From Candidatus Hydrogenedentota bacterium (GTDB taxonomy: Bacteria > Hydrogenedentota > Hydrogenedentia > Hydrogenedentales > SLHB01): a DNA stretch of 36,777 nucleotides. The notes below the pieces were generated by a model that did not search any database, had not been told where the DNA came from, and saw only the letters and a list, made by a program, of their open reading frames with translations. Below, in pieces: positions 6,428 to 15,287 of this stretch (within the stretch, counting starts at the first letter, position 1; the number at the start of each line of letters is the position of its first letter). The stretch lies in assembly GCA_045863335.1 (NCBI GenBank), contig BTVY01000057.1:1-36777 (forward strand). Direction: 5' to 3'. The position numbers and the translations under genes are program-made.

Positions 6428-7732
6428 TTACCGGCTCTTCGGGGCTTGGTTCGACTCTATTCCTGAGTTTGCCATCGCCAGTTGCTGGCCTTTTGCGCGG
6501 GCTTCCTGGGCGGCGCGGAGGGCGGTGAAGGCGACGGCGCTGTTGGGGTAGTGGTTGGCGAGGCGGTGGTAGGCGGCGAGGCCTTCGTCGATCTTCTGGT
6601 GGCGGACGAGTTCGCTGGCGTAGTGGAGGTAGGTTTCGACGGTTTCCTGGTAGGAGTTGCGTTCGGGATGTTCGCGGATGTGGCGTTGTTCGGTGAGGAT
6701 GCGTTCGGCCCAGTGGCCGGCGCTTTCGAACTGGCCCGCGCTGCTCTCGACTTTGCAGAGCATGAGCCGCGCGCGGTACACGTCGGGCGTGAGGGTCGTG
6801 CGGTTGGCCAGGGTTTCGAGGGCGGGTCTGATGAGCTTCCAGTAACCTTGCGCGCCCGCTCCGCCGGGGGGCGGCACCATTTCGCGTTCCAACACCCGGA
6901 GGTAGCCGTAACGGCTCCGCCACGGTTCTTTCTCGTCTTGGAGCAGCGGCGTCAGCCCGTCCACGGCCCGGCGGCGCGTCTCGCTTTGCCGGAGTGCGTC
7001 GATCATGGGTTCGACTTTGCGCAGGAAGGGATCGAATTCGAGGACCCGGCGCTCGGCGTCGGTGGCTTCGCGCTGGCGAATGGAACTGACCTTGATGGGG
7101 AGATTCAGATAGGTGCCAACCCATTCGCCGGCGAGGTCCAATCGGCGGTTCGCCCAATGGTAGATCGGGAGAAGGAGTGCGTTGTGCGTGGTATCCAGTC
7201 TCGGGTACCGAAGCGCCAACTCATTGCTCGCGTGCATCCGGAAGGGGCCGGGCAAGTAGTTGTCGGGGTGGGCGAGGGTGGAGAGGGCGATCACGGCGAC
7301 GAATTCGTTGCTTCCCTGGGAAAATCTGAGTAGTTTTCCGGCAATGTCCGTTCCGTCGTCGCCGGGGTGCTTGAGTGACACGTCGTGCAGCGCGACCAGC
7401 AGCGCGTCGATTTCATTCGTTTCGGGTTCCAGGAAGTGGTCGTAGAAGGCTTCGCGCATCCGGTCCGTCATGAGGACATTGATGTCGAATTGAAGCAGGT
7501 GCAGGTTGCCGAGGGCTTCGTCTGCCAACTCGGGATCGTCGCTGCGGTACGCGCGGATTTGAGTTAGGAGATCATATGCCGCTCGCATGGGGTAGCCCGC
7601 GGCGATCATGTCCAAGGCTTCGTTGCGTTGCCGGATGAGATCGGCCAGTTCCTGTCCCGGAGATGGCGAAGCGAGTACGGATGCAAGGATTAGCAGCAGT
7701 GCGGTCCCGCCTACACGGTTCAATCTGGACAT
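6428..7732 (-). CDS. Exported alpha-helical (HEAT/TPR-like) hypothetical protein
   Basis: Start MSRLNR followed by a signal peptide (ALLLILASVLASPSPG); C-terminal TPR-like helix AYHRLANHYPNS. The ORF extension to 7870 reads through repeat R1. Confidence 0.75.
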   Translation of the reverse strand: MSRLNRVGGTALLLILASVLASPSPGQELADLIRQRNEALDMIAAGYPMRAAYDLLTQIRAYRSDDPELADEALGNLHLLQFDINVLMTDRMREAFYDHFLEPETNEIDALLVALHDVSLKHPGDDGTDIAGKLLRFSQGSNEFVAVIALSTLAHPDNYLPGPFRMHASNELALRYPRLDTTHNALLLPIYHWANRRLDLAGEWVGTYLNLPIKVSSIRQREATDAERRVLEFDPFLRKVEPMIDALRQSETRRRAVDGLTPLLQDEKEPWRSRYGYLRVLEREMVPPPGGAGAQGYWKLIRPALETLANRTTLTPDVYRARLMLCKVESSAGQFESAGHWAERILTEQRHIREHPERNSYQETVETYLHYASELVRHQKIDEGLAAYHRLANHYPNSAVAFTALRAAQEARAKGQQLAMANSGIESNQAPKSR

Positions 7733-7739
7733 CTTTGGG

Positions 7740-7771
7740 GAACATCCCCCTTTATCCCCCTTCGAAGGGGG
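7740..7771 (-). repeat. Repeat family R1, copy 2
   Basis: GAACATCCCCCTTTATCCCCCTTCGAAGGGGG is a reverse-complement variant of 26-58. Confidence 0.85.
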
Positions 7772-8017
7772 AGTTTTGCTCCACGTGGTCCCTGTGAGAT
7801 TCTGGCGCACGGGCGCGCTCGTGGGGTTCGTGTTGAGACTGACGATGACATACGCCAGCGCGTGTGTCAAGGGGTTATAAGTAGCTAGTAGAGGGATCTC
7901 TGTGCTTGTTGAGCGAAAGAGGGTGCGCGCCGTCGGGGGGGCGGTCGGAGGCCGGCGCGATTGGTGAGTTCCCTGAGGTCCTTGGGAATGTTGGGCCGCC
8001 GGGGCGCGTTTCTATAC

Positions 8018-8046
8018 TTGACTTTGGTTATCGGTTAGGTAATAAT
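8018..8046 (+). promoter_or_regulatory. Possible sigma70 promoter for cysIH (TTGACT-N17-AATAAT)
   Basis: Near-consensus hexamers with 17-nt spacing in an AT-rich divergent intergenic patch. Confidence 0.35.
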
Positions 8047-8169
8047 TGGCCGCTTCGTGACGGAATTTCGTTTGTAGCGGAGCGTGGGGCGTGGTAGACT
8101 ACGGCGTTTAGGTGGGATTCTGGAAATCGCCGTTGCGGGGTGATGGCTGGGGGCTTTTGTTGAAGAGGG

Positions 8170-8286
8170 CACGGGCTGGTAGCCCGTGTGGGGATCATGG
8201 CCTGGAAGGCCATGGCACCTCGAATCATCGGCTGGAAGCCGATGGCACCTCGAAGATCACGGGCTGGAAGCCCGTGGCACCTCGAA
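8170..8286 (+). repeat. Tandem array of four REP-like hairpins, family R2 (8-bp stem, GGA/GGT loop, GCACCTCGAA tail), ~30-bp period
   Basis: Hairpins at 8170-8188, 8196-8214, 8226-8244 and 8258-8276, each a perfect 8-bp stem. Confidence 0.9.
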
Positions 8287-8336
8287 TTCACCTCGGTGCG
8301 AATGTCGTTTTGTGACTTGAGTTAGGAGTGATTGGA

Positions 8337-10100
8337 ATGGCTGAGCAGCAGGGCGCGGATGAGCAGGAAGTAAAGCTGTCCGCGGTGGAGAAGATTAAGG
8401 AAGCGAGCCAGGGGCTGTATGGTCCCATCGGGCAGGAGTTGGGCGACGGGACGCCGAAGTTCGGCGAGGAGTCGATTCAACTGCTGAAGCACCATGGCAC
8501 GTATCAGCAGGACGACCGCGACACGCGCACGGACCGCAAGAAGGCGGGCCAGGAATGGGATTACAAGTTCATGGTGCGCACGAAGTTCCCGGGCGGGAAC
8601 ATCTCGGCGGAGCAGTACCTGATCTGTGACGACCTGGCGGAGAAGCATGGGCAGAACGATCTGCGCGTGACGTCGCGCCAATGCTTCCAATTCCACGGCG
8701 TGGTGAAGGGACACCTGCGTCCGCTGCTGAACGAGCTGAACCGTCTGGCGAAGATCACGACCATGGGCGCCTGCGGCGACGTAGTGCGCAACACCATGGC
8801 GTGCCCGGTCATTGATATCGATCCCAAGTATGCGGATTGCGGTGCGGACCTCCTTCAGAAGGCGAAAGATATCAGCGCGCATTTCCTGCCGAAGACGACG
8901 GCGTATTACGACCTGTGGGTCGATGATGAGAAGGTCGAGGTGAACGAAGACGGCACGATCCGCGTGAAGCCGCGCGACGAAAAGCCGGTCGAAGACCCCA
9001 TCTACGGGACGACCTATCTGCCGCGCAAGTTCAAGATCGGGTTGACGGTCGATTTCGACAACGCCATCGATGTCTATGCGAATGACGTGGGCGTCATCGG
9101 TGTGACGGAAAACGGCAGGATTGTCGGGTACGAGGTGCTGACCGGCGGAAGTCTTGGGTACACCCATCGCAAACCGGAGACGTATGCGCGTTTGGGTTCA
9201 CCGTTCGCCTTCGTACAGGAAGACGAGTTGATCCCGTTGCTCGAAACCATCGTAAAAGTACAGCGCGATCACGGCGGCCGCGCGAACCGCAAACACGCGC
9301 GCATGAAGTACCTCATCGACGACTGGGGTTTTGAGAAGTTCAAGCAGACGGTCTTCGAGTACGCGGGCCGGACCTATCCCGAGCCGAAGGGCATCACGCC
9401 GTCGGACCAGCCGGACTATCTGGGCTGGCACAAGCAGATTCAGGACGGCCTGAACTACGTCGGCGTGTGGGTCGAGAACGGGCGCATTCGCGATTTTGAA
9501 GGGAGCTTCCAGTTCCGCTCCGGACTGCGCGAAATCGTCAGCCGCTTCAAACCGGATATCCGATTGACGCCGCACCACAACGTCATCCTCGCGAACATCC
9601 GCGACGAAGACGTGGCGGAAGTGCAGGCAATACTCGACAGGCATGGCATCCCCACGGACAAGGGAATCTCCACCGTGCGCCGTCTCGAAATGGCCTGTCC
9701 GGCGCTGCCCTTCTGCGGGCTTGCCATGGCGGAAGCGGAACGGGCTATGCCGGGACTCATTGAGAAGATCGAGGCGGCCGGTCATGCCGACGCCGACGTT
9801 ATCATCCGCATGAGCGGCTGCCCGAACAATTGCTCGCGCCCGCGCACGGCGGAGCTGGGTATTGTCGGCAGCGGCGCGGACCGCTACATCATCTATACCG
9901 GCGGCGACTATATGGGCACGCGCTTGAACGACGTGCTCGCGGAGAAGGTAAAACTCGACGACGTGGCGCCTTTGGTATCCGCGCTGTTGTCCGCGTGGAA
10001 ATCCCATCGCAGCGACGGCGAACGCTTCGGCGACTGGTCGTTCCGCGTCGGGATCGAAGGTTTGAAACCCTATATCGAAACGGCGGCGCCGTCCGCATAG
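8337..10100 (+). CDS. cysI: Assimilatory sulfite reductase hemoprotein (siroheme/4Fe-4S)
   Basis: KHHGTYQQDDRD, TSRQCFQFHG, ACGDVVRN, YLPRKFK, ACPALPFCGLA, SGCPNNCSRP; AGGAG RBS before ATG 8337. Confidence 0.93.
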   Translation: MAEQQGADEQEVKLSAVEKIKEASQGLYGPIGQELGDGTPKFGEESIQLLKHHGTYQQDDRDTRTDRKKAGQEWDYKFMVRTKFPGGNISAEQYLICDDLAEKHGQNDLRVTSRQCFQFHGVVKGHLRPLLNELNRLAKITTMGACGDVVRNTMACPVIDIDPKYADCGADLLQKAKDISAHFLPKTTAYYDLWVDDEKVEVNEDGTIRVKPRDEKPVEDPIYGTTYLPRKFKIGLTVDFDNAIDVYANDVGVIGVTENGRIVGYEVLTGGSLGYTHRKPETYARLGSPFAFVQEDELIPLLETIVKVQRDHGGRANRKHARMKYLIDDWGFEKFKQTVFEYAGRTYPEPKGITPSDQPDYLGWHKQIQDGLNYVGVWVENGRIRDFEGSFQFRSGLREIVSRFKPDIRLTPHHNVILANIRDEDVAEVQAILDRHGIPTDKGISTVRRLEMACPALPFCGLAMAEAERAMPGLIEKIEAAGHADADVIIRMSGCPNNCSRPRTAELGIVGSGADRYIIYTGGDYMGTRLNDVLAEKVKLDDVAPLVSALLSAWKSHRSDGERFGDWSFRVGIEGLKPYIETAAPSA

Positions 10101-10150
10101 CGCTATTGCAAGGCTGCGCATTTGGCGTGCCGTAGATTTGAGCAGGATGC

Positions 10151-10379
10151 GAAGAACATCCCCCTTGATCCCCCTTCAAAGGGGAATAGGACCGCACGTT
10201 GTGCGCTATTGGCGCGACGCCTCTCCACAATTAGGGTGGCGTCGATCCGATTCTGAGCGGAATTGTGACGAGCCGATGAGATTGCGGGTACGGCGACGGC
10301 CTGCCCTTAACATCCCAACACTTCCGGCACGGAGGTGTGGCAGTTCCCCCTTTGAAGGGGGCGCAGGGGGATGTTCTTC
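10151..10379. mobile_element. MITE/REPIN-like element: inverted pair of R1 repeats (10151-10184, 10346-10379) around a ~160-bp non-coding spacer
   Basis: GAAGAACATCCCCCTTGATCCCCCTTCAAAGGGG ... CCCCCTTTGAAGGGGGCGCAGGGGGATGTTCTTC, lying between cysI and cysH. Confidence 0.7.
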
Positions 10380-10430
10380 TCGAAGCGCGGTTGCATTCGG
10401 TTGTAGGTAGGACTACCGAGGATTTCTGAG

Positions 10431-11165
10431 ATGGCATTGGTACATGAAAGCGAGCATCTGGACGAGCTGAACGCACTCGGTCCGGAGGAACTCATCGCAT
10501 GGGCGTACAGGGAGCACGGCGACCGCGCCGGCATCATCACCAGTTTCCAGAATACGGGCTGCGTGATGATTGACATGGCGCACCGCGTTGCCCCGCAGAT
10601 GCGCGTGATGACGGTGGACACCTTGCGTCTACCGGATGAGACCTACGCTTTCATGGATACCATCGAGAAGCGGTATGGCATCAGTATCGAGCGGTTTCAG
10701 CCGGATCCGGAACGCGTGGCGCGGATGATCGAGCAGCACGGCGAATACCTCTTTTTCGACAGCAAGCCGAAGCAGGAGTACTGCTGCCGCATTCGCAAGG
10801 TCGAGCCCAACCAGCGGGCGCTGGAGACGGTTGATGTCTGGATTACCGGACTTCGCCGCGACCAGTCCGACGCCCGGAAGCAGGTGGACAAGGCGTCTAT
10901 CGTGACCCAGGGTGAGCACCGGATCATCAAGCTGGCGCCGCTGGTTGACTGGACCGAGGAGCAGGTTCGCGCGTACCTCGCTGACAACGGCGTACCTTAC
11001 AACCCCTTGTATGATATGGGTTACACGAGTATCGGATGTAAAATCTGCACGACGCCTACGAAGCCTTGGGAAGATAAGCGCGCGGGCCGTTGGCGCTGGT
11101 TCAATCAAGGCGGGGAGGGCACCTCAAAAGAGTGCGGCATCCATCTTGGCGGTAGTGGTATCTAA
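10431..11165 (+). CDS. cysH: APS/PAPS reductase, 4Fe-4S (APS-type)
   Basis: DTLRL, CCRIRKVEP, WITGLRRDQS, SIGCKICT, RAGRW, KECGIH; the CC...CxxC cluster ligands are present. Confidence 0.93.
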   Translation: MALVHESEHLDELNALGPEELIAWAYREHGDRAGIITSFQNTGCVMIDMAHRVAPQMRVMTVDTLRLPDETYAFMDTIEKRYGISIERFQPDPERVARMIEQHGEYLFFDSKPKQEYCCRIRKVEPNQRALETVDVWITGLRRDQSDARKQVDKASIVTQGEHRIIKLAPLVDWTEEQVRAYLADNGVPYNPLYDMGYTSIGCKICTTPTKPWEDKRAGRWRWFNQGGEGTSKECGIHLGGSGI

Positions 11166-11211
11166 TGTTACATTGCTGTAACGCGCTGTAACAGATTTTG
11201 ACAATCATGTT

Positions 11212-11256
11212 AATCCCTTGGGGCTCCCCCACTGCCACAAGGGATTCCTTTTTTTT
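11212..11256 (+). terminator. Intrinsic terminator after cysH
   Basis: Stem AATCCCTTGGGG / CCACAAGGGATT (1 mismatch) followed by CC and T8. Confidence 0.7.
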
Positions 11257-11422
11257 GAGGCGAACCCGGCCTACATCCTTCTAGTGCAATACTTTGCGTC
11301 GGAAGACAATTTTCGTCGCCAGATTTGGCATCATTCCTGTGATCCACCCCGCTACCGATTCTACGTGGCTTCCGGGGGCATTCCTCGTGGTTTCGACAAA
11401 GAACGTGGCGAAAGGCGGGCAC

Positions 11423-11944
11423 ATGAAACCAGAGACCTATCGTGATGCGCGTGATCGGTACGGGGACGTCAATCTTGTGAATGCAACCTGGCCCGGGGAG
11501 GCCCGGTGGATGGTCCTGTTCGACGTGCCTCACGAGATTGCCTCGATCTGGATCAACGAGTCCACCGGCCGAGGCATGCCGACGAGACGTATTTACTGCA
11601 ACCAGGACCTCGTCGCGCCTCTCCATCGTGCACTTGAGAACCTCAGGTGCGTCGGCCTCCTTAACGAACTCAAAACGTTTGATGGGTGCTTCGAGATCCG
11701 CTCCGTTCGGGGCAGCTACGATAGAGTCTCGGCACACGCATACGGACTCGCCATCGATCTGAACGCGTCTGACAATCCAACCGGCGCAACGCCGAAACTC
11801 ACGCCGCAATTTGTCGGCTGCTGGGAAGACGCGGGTTTCGACTGGGGCGGCCGGTTTTCCCGTCCGAACGGCATGCATTTTTCCTATGCGTGGGAGGGCA
11901 CTGGGAATCCCATGTTCGCCCGGGCGGCGATGAGACTCGCGTGA
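11423..11944 (+). CDS. M15-family zinc peptidase (peptidoglycan endopeptidase/carboxypeptidase, endolysin-like)
   Basis: R...SAHAYGLAIDLN and FDWGGRF..GMHF motifs; ATG at 11423. Confidence 0.85.
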   Translation: MKPETYRDARDRYGDVNLVNATWPGEARWMVLFDVPHEIASIWINESTGRGMPTRRIYCNQDLVAPLHRALENLRCVGLLNELKTFDGCFEIRSVRGSYDRVSAHAYGLAIDLNASDNPTGATPKLTPQFVGCWEDAGFDWGGRFSRPNGMHFSYAWEGTGNPMFARAAMRLA

Positions 11945-11952
11945 AGCGTTGC

Positions 11953-11986
11953 CGAAAAACACCCCACCGCATCGCAGGGTGTTTCG
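11953..11986 (+). terminator. Hairpin after the M15 gene, possible terminator
   Basis: AAACACCC ... GGGTGTTT inverted repeat; weak U-tract. Confidence 0.35.
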
Positions 11987-12555
11987 AACATAGAGTCAAT
12001 TCGCCGGCGCTTAGGAACGGGCGTTAGCCGAGGTGTCCAGTGTTCGGATATCGGATTCTCTCCGTAACAAGTCATTACAGACGGTGCCTCGGGTTGCGGT
12101 TTGCCAGACGCAGTCCACGCGGCGTTTCCCTTTATCAAGTATAACGTTACGCTCTCTCGACCTATCCCGCCGGTCCTTGGCACACGCTTTGCTCCGTCAT
12201 CCACTACGCTGAGTGAGTAGCAAGGCATGAGGCTCCAGCAATGGAACGGATTGTGCTCGTCGGAAGCGGCGGGTCGAGGGTAACTCGCCATCGCCGGCCG
12301 TAGCGGATCGCGTGACGGAGGCGATGGCGAAGTATGCGCAACTTCGGATCACGTTCCAGCCCGTATTCGATCGGATCACAGAACGAATGCCACGAGTAAC
12401 TGGTTTGACTGACCAGAGCTCCGGCGACGGGGTGCCCGATGCAATAATCGCAATGGGATCATGGGTGCAACGCGCTGCCTATGGTAGTTGAGTGATCATT
12501 GGAACAGTCCCGTGGAAACCCGGGGGCGTGTGGAACCGAAAGAGGAGGGGTGCGG

Positions 12556-13380
12556 GTGAGTCGGCCTACATTGCGGTTGTTTGACGGCTTTGGCCATACC
12601 AGTCCGGAGTTGCGCGACGAGGTTCGAGACCTCCAGGTCGCGTTGACGGGGAAAGGCTACGCGTTGGAGGACGACGGCCTCTTCGGTCGAGAGACCGAGA
12701 TGATGGTTAAACGATTCCAGCAAGATCAGCGTTTGGATGACGACGGGATAGCAGGCCGCCTGACCTGGAACACCCTGCTGGATTTTCAAGGCGCGGGTGG
12801 CGATTGCATGCCGGAAACAAGGTACCCCAGGAACTTCGCGTCGCTGTTGCCCCAACTTGATGCGGCAGGACGATACCGTCAGTGGATCGAAGCAGGGGCG
12901 CGGGATTGCGGAGTGTCGCCCGCGATTGTTTGCGGGATTGGTTCCCGCGAATCGGACTGGGGATTTGGATTGACACCCGTGGGACCCGCCGGGACCGGCG
13001 ATCGCAGCCCTCGTTCGCGGACCAGGCCATTTCGCCCGGGGAGGATGCCCCCGGATGGGGAGGGGTTCGGACGCGGACTCATGCAGATCGATTTCGATGC
13101 CCACGAGTTCGCGCGGACGGGGAACTGGCGGGACCCGGAGGCGAATATCCGGTACGGGTGCAACGTCCTCAAGAGCAATCTGGCCCTCATGCGTCGGCGC
13201 ACGCCCCTGGAGGGAACCGCGTTGCTGCGCGCGGCCATCGCGGCATACAACTGCGGCGGCGGCAACGTGCTTACCGCCATTGAACAAGGGCGCGACGTGG
13301 ACTACTTCACGGCCCATCGCGACTACTCGCGGGAAGTGTTGAATCGTGCGGGCTGGTTCGGTCTGCACGGGTGGGATTGA
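12556..13380 (+). CDS. Peptidoglycan-binding domain fused to goose-type lysozyme (GH23)
   Basis: PG_binding_1 motifs (DGLFGRET..VKRFQ...DGIAGRLTW); catalytic SRES, GLMQID, IAAYNCG, DY.T...DYSREV..RA.WF; GGAGG 7 nt before GTG 12556. Confidence 0.88.
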   Translation: MSRPTLRLFDGFGHTSPELRDEVRDLQVALTGKGYALEDDGLFGRETEMMVKRFQQDQRLDDDGIAGRLTWNTLLDFQGAGGDCMPETRYPRNFASLLPQLDAAGRYRQWIEAGARDCGVSPAIVCGIGSRESDWGFGLTPVGPAGTGDRSPRSRTRPFRPGRMPPDGEGFGRGLMQIDFDAHEFARTGNWRDPEANIRYGCNVLKSNLALMRRRTPLEGTALLRAAIAAYNCGGGNVLTAIEQGRDVDYFTAHRDYSREVLNRAGWFGLHGWD

Positions 13381-13474
13381 AAAAAATCATGCCCTGTCGA
13401 TAAGAACTTCCATGGGGAAGTGACAACTGTCTGAGCCATTACGATGCGCGTTCCGGGGAATGAGGAGATTGACG

Positions 13475-14293
13475 ATGGATACAAACGCATTTTGCTGTAC
13501 GCGGGTCGTACGCGCGGTCCAAATCGCATTAGCCGCAGTGATATGCATCCCCATTGCGTGGATAGCAATGGAAACGGTCGATGGACAGGGCGCGATGCCG
13601 CGATTCTCGGATTCGACAAACTCGATTGAGTTGATTGGTTGCGTTGGAGGGCAGGATGCGCACACGGCGGCCATCAGCGGCGCCGATTCCAGTCATATCG
13701 AAGGCGTGGGGAGGATTATTATTCTTCCCGGTTTGAATCCTGCGGTGGACCAAGCACTGCGAGAAGACTGCAACGAACTTCGCAAGGTATTCCAGGTGAA
13801 TGCGCCGATGTTCTTTATGGAGGAGGAAAGCGGTTACAACGCAGTGGCCACGCCGGAGAGTCTGGAGGGATTCGTTGGCGATGGTACCGTGTTGTTTGGC
13901 CGGCGCATGATGGAACTGCAGTATCTCAATGGAACGCCTGACGGGATTCCGACGATCCTTGCGCATGAGTTTGCGCACATACTGCAGTACAAGGCGCGAT
14001 TTCCCCGGCTTGCAACCGCAAAGTGGCAAGAACTGCATGCGGATTACATGGCGGGTTGGTTCACCGGACACCGCAGCCGTTACAAGCCGCATACTCCAAT
14101 GAACTCCCTCATCGCCGTCTATAACGTGGGAGACTACGCGTTCAATCATCCGAGCCACCACGGCACGCCGGAGGAACGCGCAGCCGCGTTCGAGCGCGGA
14201 TTCTGGTTGAATATCAACGGCAACGTGTCCAATTCAGCCATCGCATTCCAGGAAGGATTGAACTTTATTCGCGGAATGGGTGCACCGCTGTAA
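13475..14293 (+). CDS. Neutral zinc metallopeptidase (YpfJ-like) with an N-terminal hydrophobic segment
   Basis: LAHEFAHILQ, ELHADYMAG, HGTPEERAAAF; GAGGAG RBS. Confidence 0.85.
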   Translation: MDTNAFCCTRVVRAVQIALAAVICIPIAWIAMETVDGQGAMPRFSDSTNSIELIGCVGGQDAHTAAISGADSSHIEGVGRIIILPGLNPAVDQALREDCNELRKVFQVNAPMFFMEEESGYNAVATPESLEGFVGDGTVLFGRRMMELQYLNGTPDGIPTILAHEFAHILQYKARFPRLATAKWQELHADYMAGWFTGHRSRYKPHTPMNSLIAVYNVGDYAFNHPSHHGTPEERAAAFERGFWLNINGNVSNSAIAFQEGLNFIRGMGAPL

Positions 14294-14307
14294 CGTGGTC
14301 GATCGCG

Positions 14308-15240
14308 TCAGTAGGCGATCAGTCGATTGCGTCGCCTCGCCAACTCGCTCGCGTACCGATGACCGAGTGTGTCTGCGTATTCCGCGGCCCACTCGGTCAA
14401 TCGTGTATCCCCGGCGGGTGGAGAATCGACGTAGAGGAGTCCGTCCATCAGCCCGCGGATTTCGTCGCGCGTGATCACGACGTCGCCGACCAGCTTGCCA
14501 ACAATCCACCCTGCCGAATAGCCCAGGGCTGGCGGCACGGAGACGATGGGCCGATCCTTGCCGATACTTTGGCCCACGGTGCGGACCAGTTCGCGGTATG
14601 TAAACGTTTCCGGTCCGATGGCATCGATGATCGCATTGTCGCTTGTTGCGCCCTGTTCTACGGCGAGTGCGGCGAGATCGTCGACGTAGATTGGTTGGAG
14701 CCGGTACTGACCGTCGCCAAACACGCCGAATGCTGGAACGTGCCGCAAGATCCATGCGATGTTATTGATGAGAATGTCCTCTTTCCCGAACAACACAGTA
14801 GGGCGCAGGATCGCGTAGGGTATCCCAGACTCGACGAGTGCCCGTTCAAGCCTGGCCTTGTCCCGGAAATACTCCAGCGGCGAATCTTCACTGGGGTTGG
14901 TGATGCTGATGTGCACAATACGGCGCACGCCGGCGATTTTGGCCGCATCGAAGAGGCTCAGCGTATTTTCCACTGCATCCGCGTGGGTGAAATCCTTGTG
15001 ATTGAACCGGACCCAGTACGTGTTGTAGAGGACGTAAACGTCCGCCAATTGGCGCGCCAGTTCATCGGGACGGTCAAAATGAAAGGGGAAGGCACGAACC
15101 TGATCGCCGAAAGGGTTCTTCCGATTCAGTGAATTCGTCAGGGTAATCACGGGAACCCCGCGTTCGAGTAGACGACGGGCGATGTATTTTCCAGAGTAAC
15201 CGAAGGCCCCGGTGACCGCGTGCGTGCGCCGCTCGTTCAT
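14308..15240 (-). CDS. NAD(P)-dependent epimerase/dehydratase (atypical SDR, NDUFA9-like)
   Basis: VTGAFGYSG Rossmann motif, YFRDK, LRPTVLFG, QPIYVDDLA. Confidence 0.88.
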   Translation of the reverse strand: MNERRTHAVTGAFGYSGKYIARRLLERGVPVITLTNSLNRKNPFGDQVRAFPFHFDRPDELARQLADVYVLYNTYWVRFNHKDFTHADAVENTLSLFDAAKIAGVRRIVHISITNPSEDSPLEYFRDKARLERALVESGIPYAILRPTVLFGKEDILINNIAWILRHVPAFGVFGDGQYRLQPIYVDDLAALAVEQGATSDNAIIDAIGPETFTYRELVRTVGQSIGKDRPIVSVPPALGYSAGWIVGKLVGDVVITRDEIRGLMDGLLYVDSPPAGDTRLTEWAAEYADTLGHRYASELARRRNRLIAY

Positions 15241-15287
15241 GGTGCGATACTCAACCTCCGGCCGGTCGGCGTGAGTGCGGTACCCGG

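Noticed and set aside
7733-7870. N-terminal extension of the 480-aa ORF
   Set aside because: It is translated repeat R1; a clean signal peptide starts at 7732.
8170-8286. CRISPR array
   Set aside because: Units are nearly contiguous with no unique 25-45 bp spacers, and there are no cas genes.
7880-8336. SAM or other riboswitch upstream of cysI
   Set aside because: No recognisable aptamer consensus or terminator/antiterminator; an Rfam/Infernal scan would be needed to exclude it.
12241-12303. MERIVLVGSGGS..., resembling the start of a P-loop kinase remnant
   Set aside because: Only ~12 suggestive residues, no GKS/T in frame and an early stop; cannot be supported without a search.
11294-13380. 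Prophage lysis module
   Set aside because: No holin, spanin, structural, integrase or terminase genes in the window.
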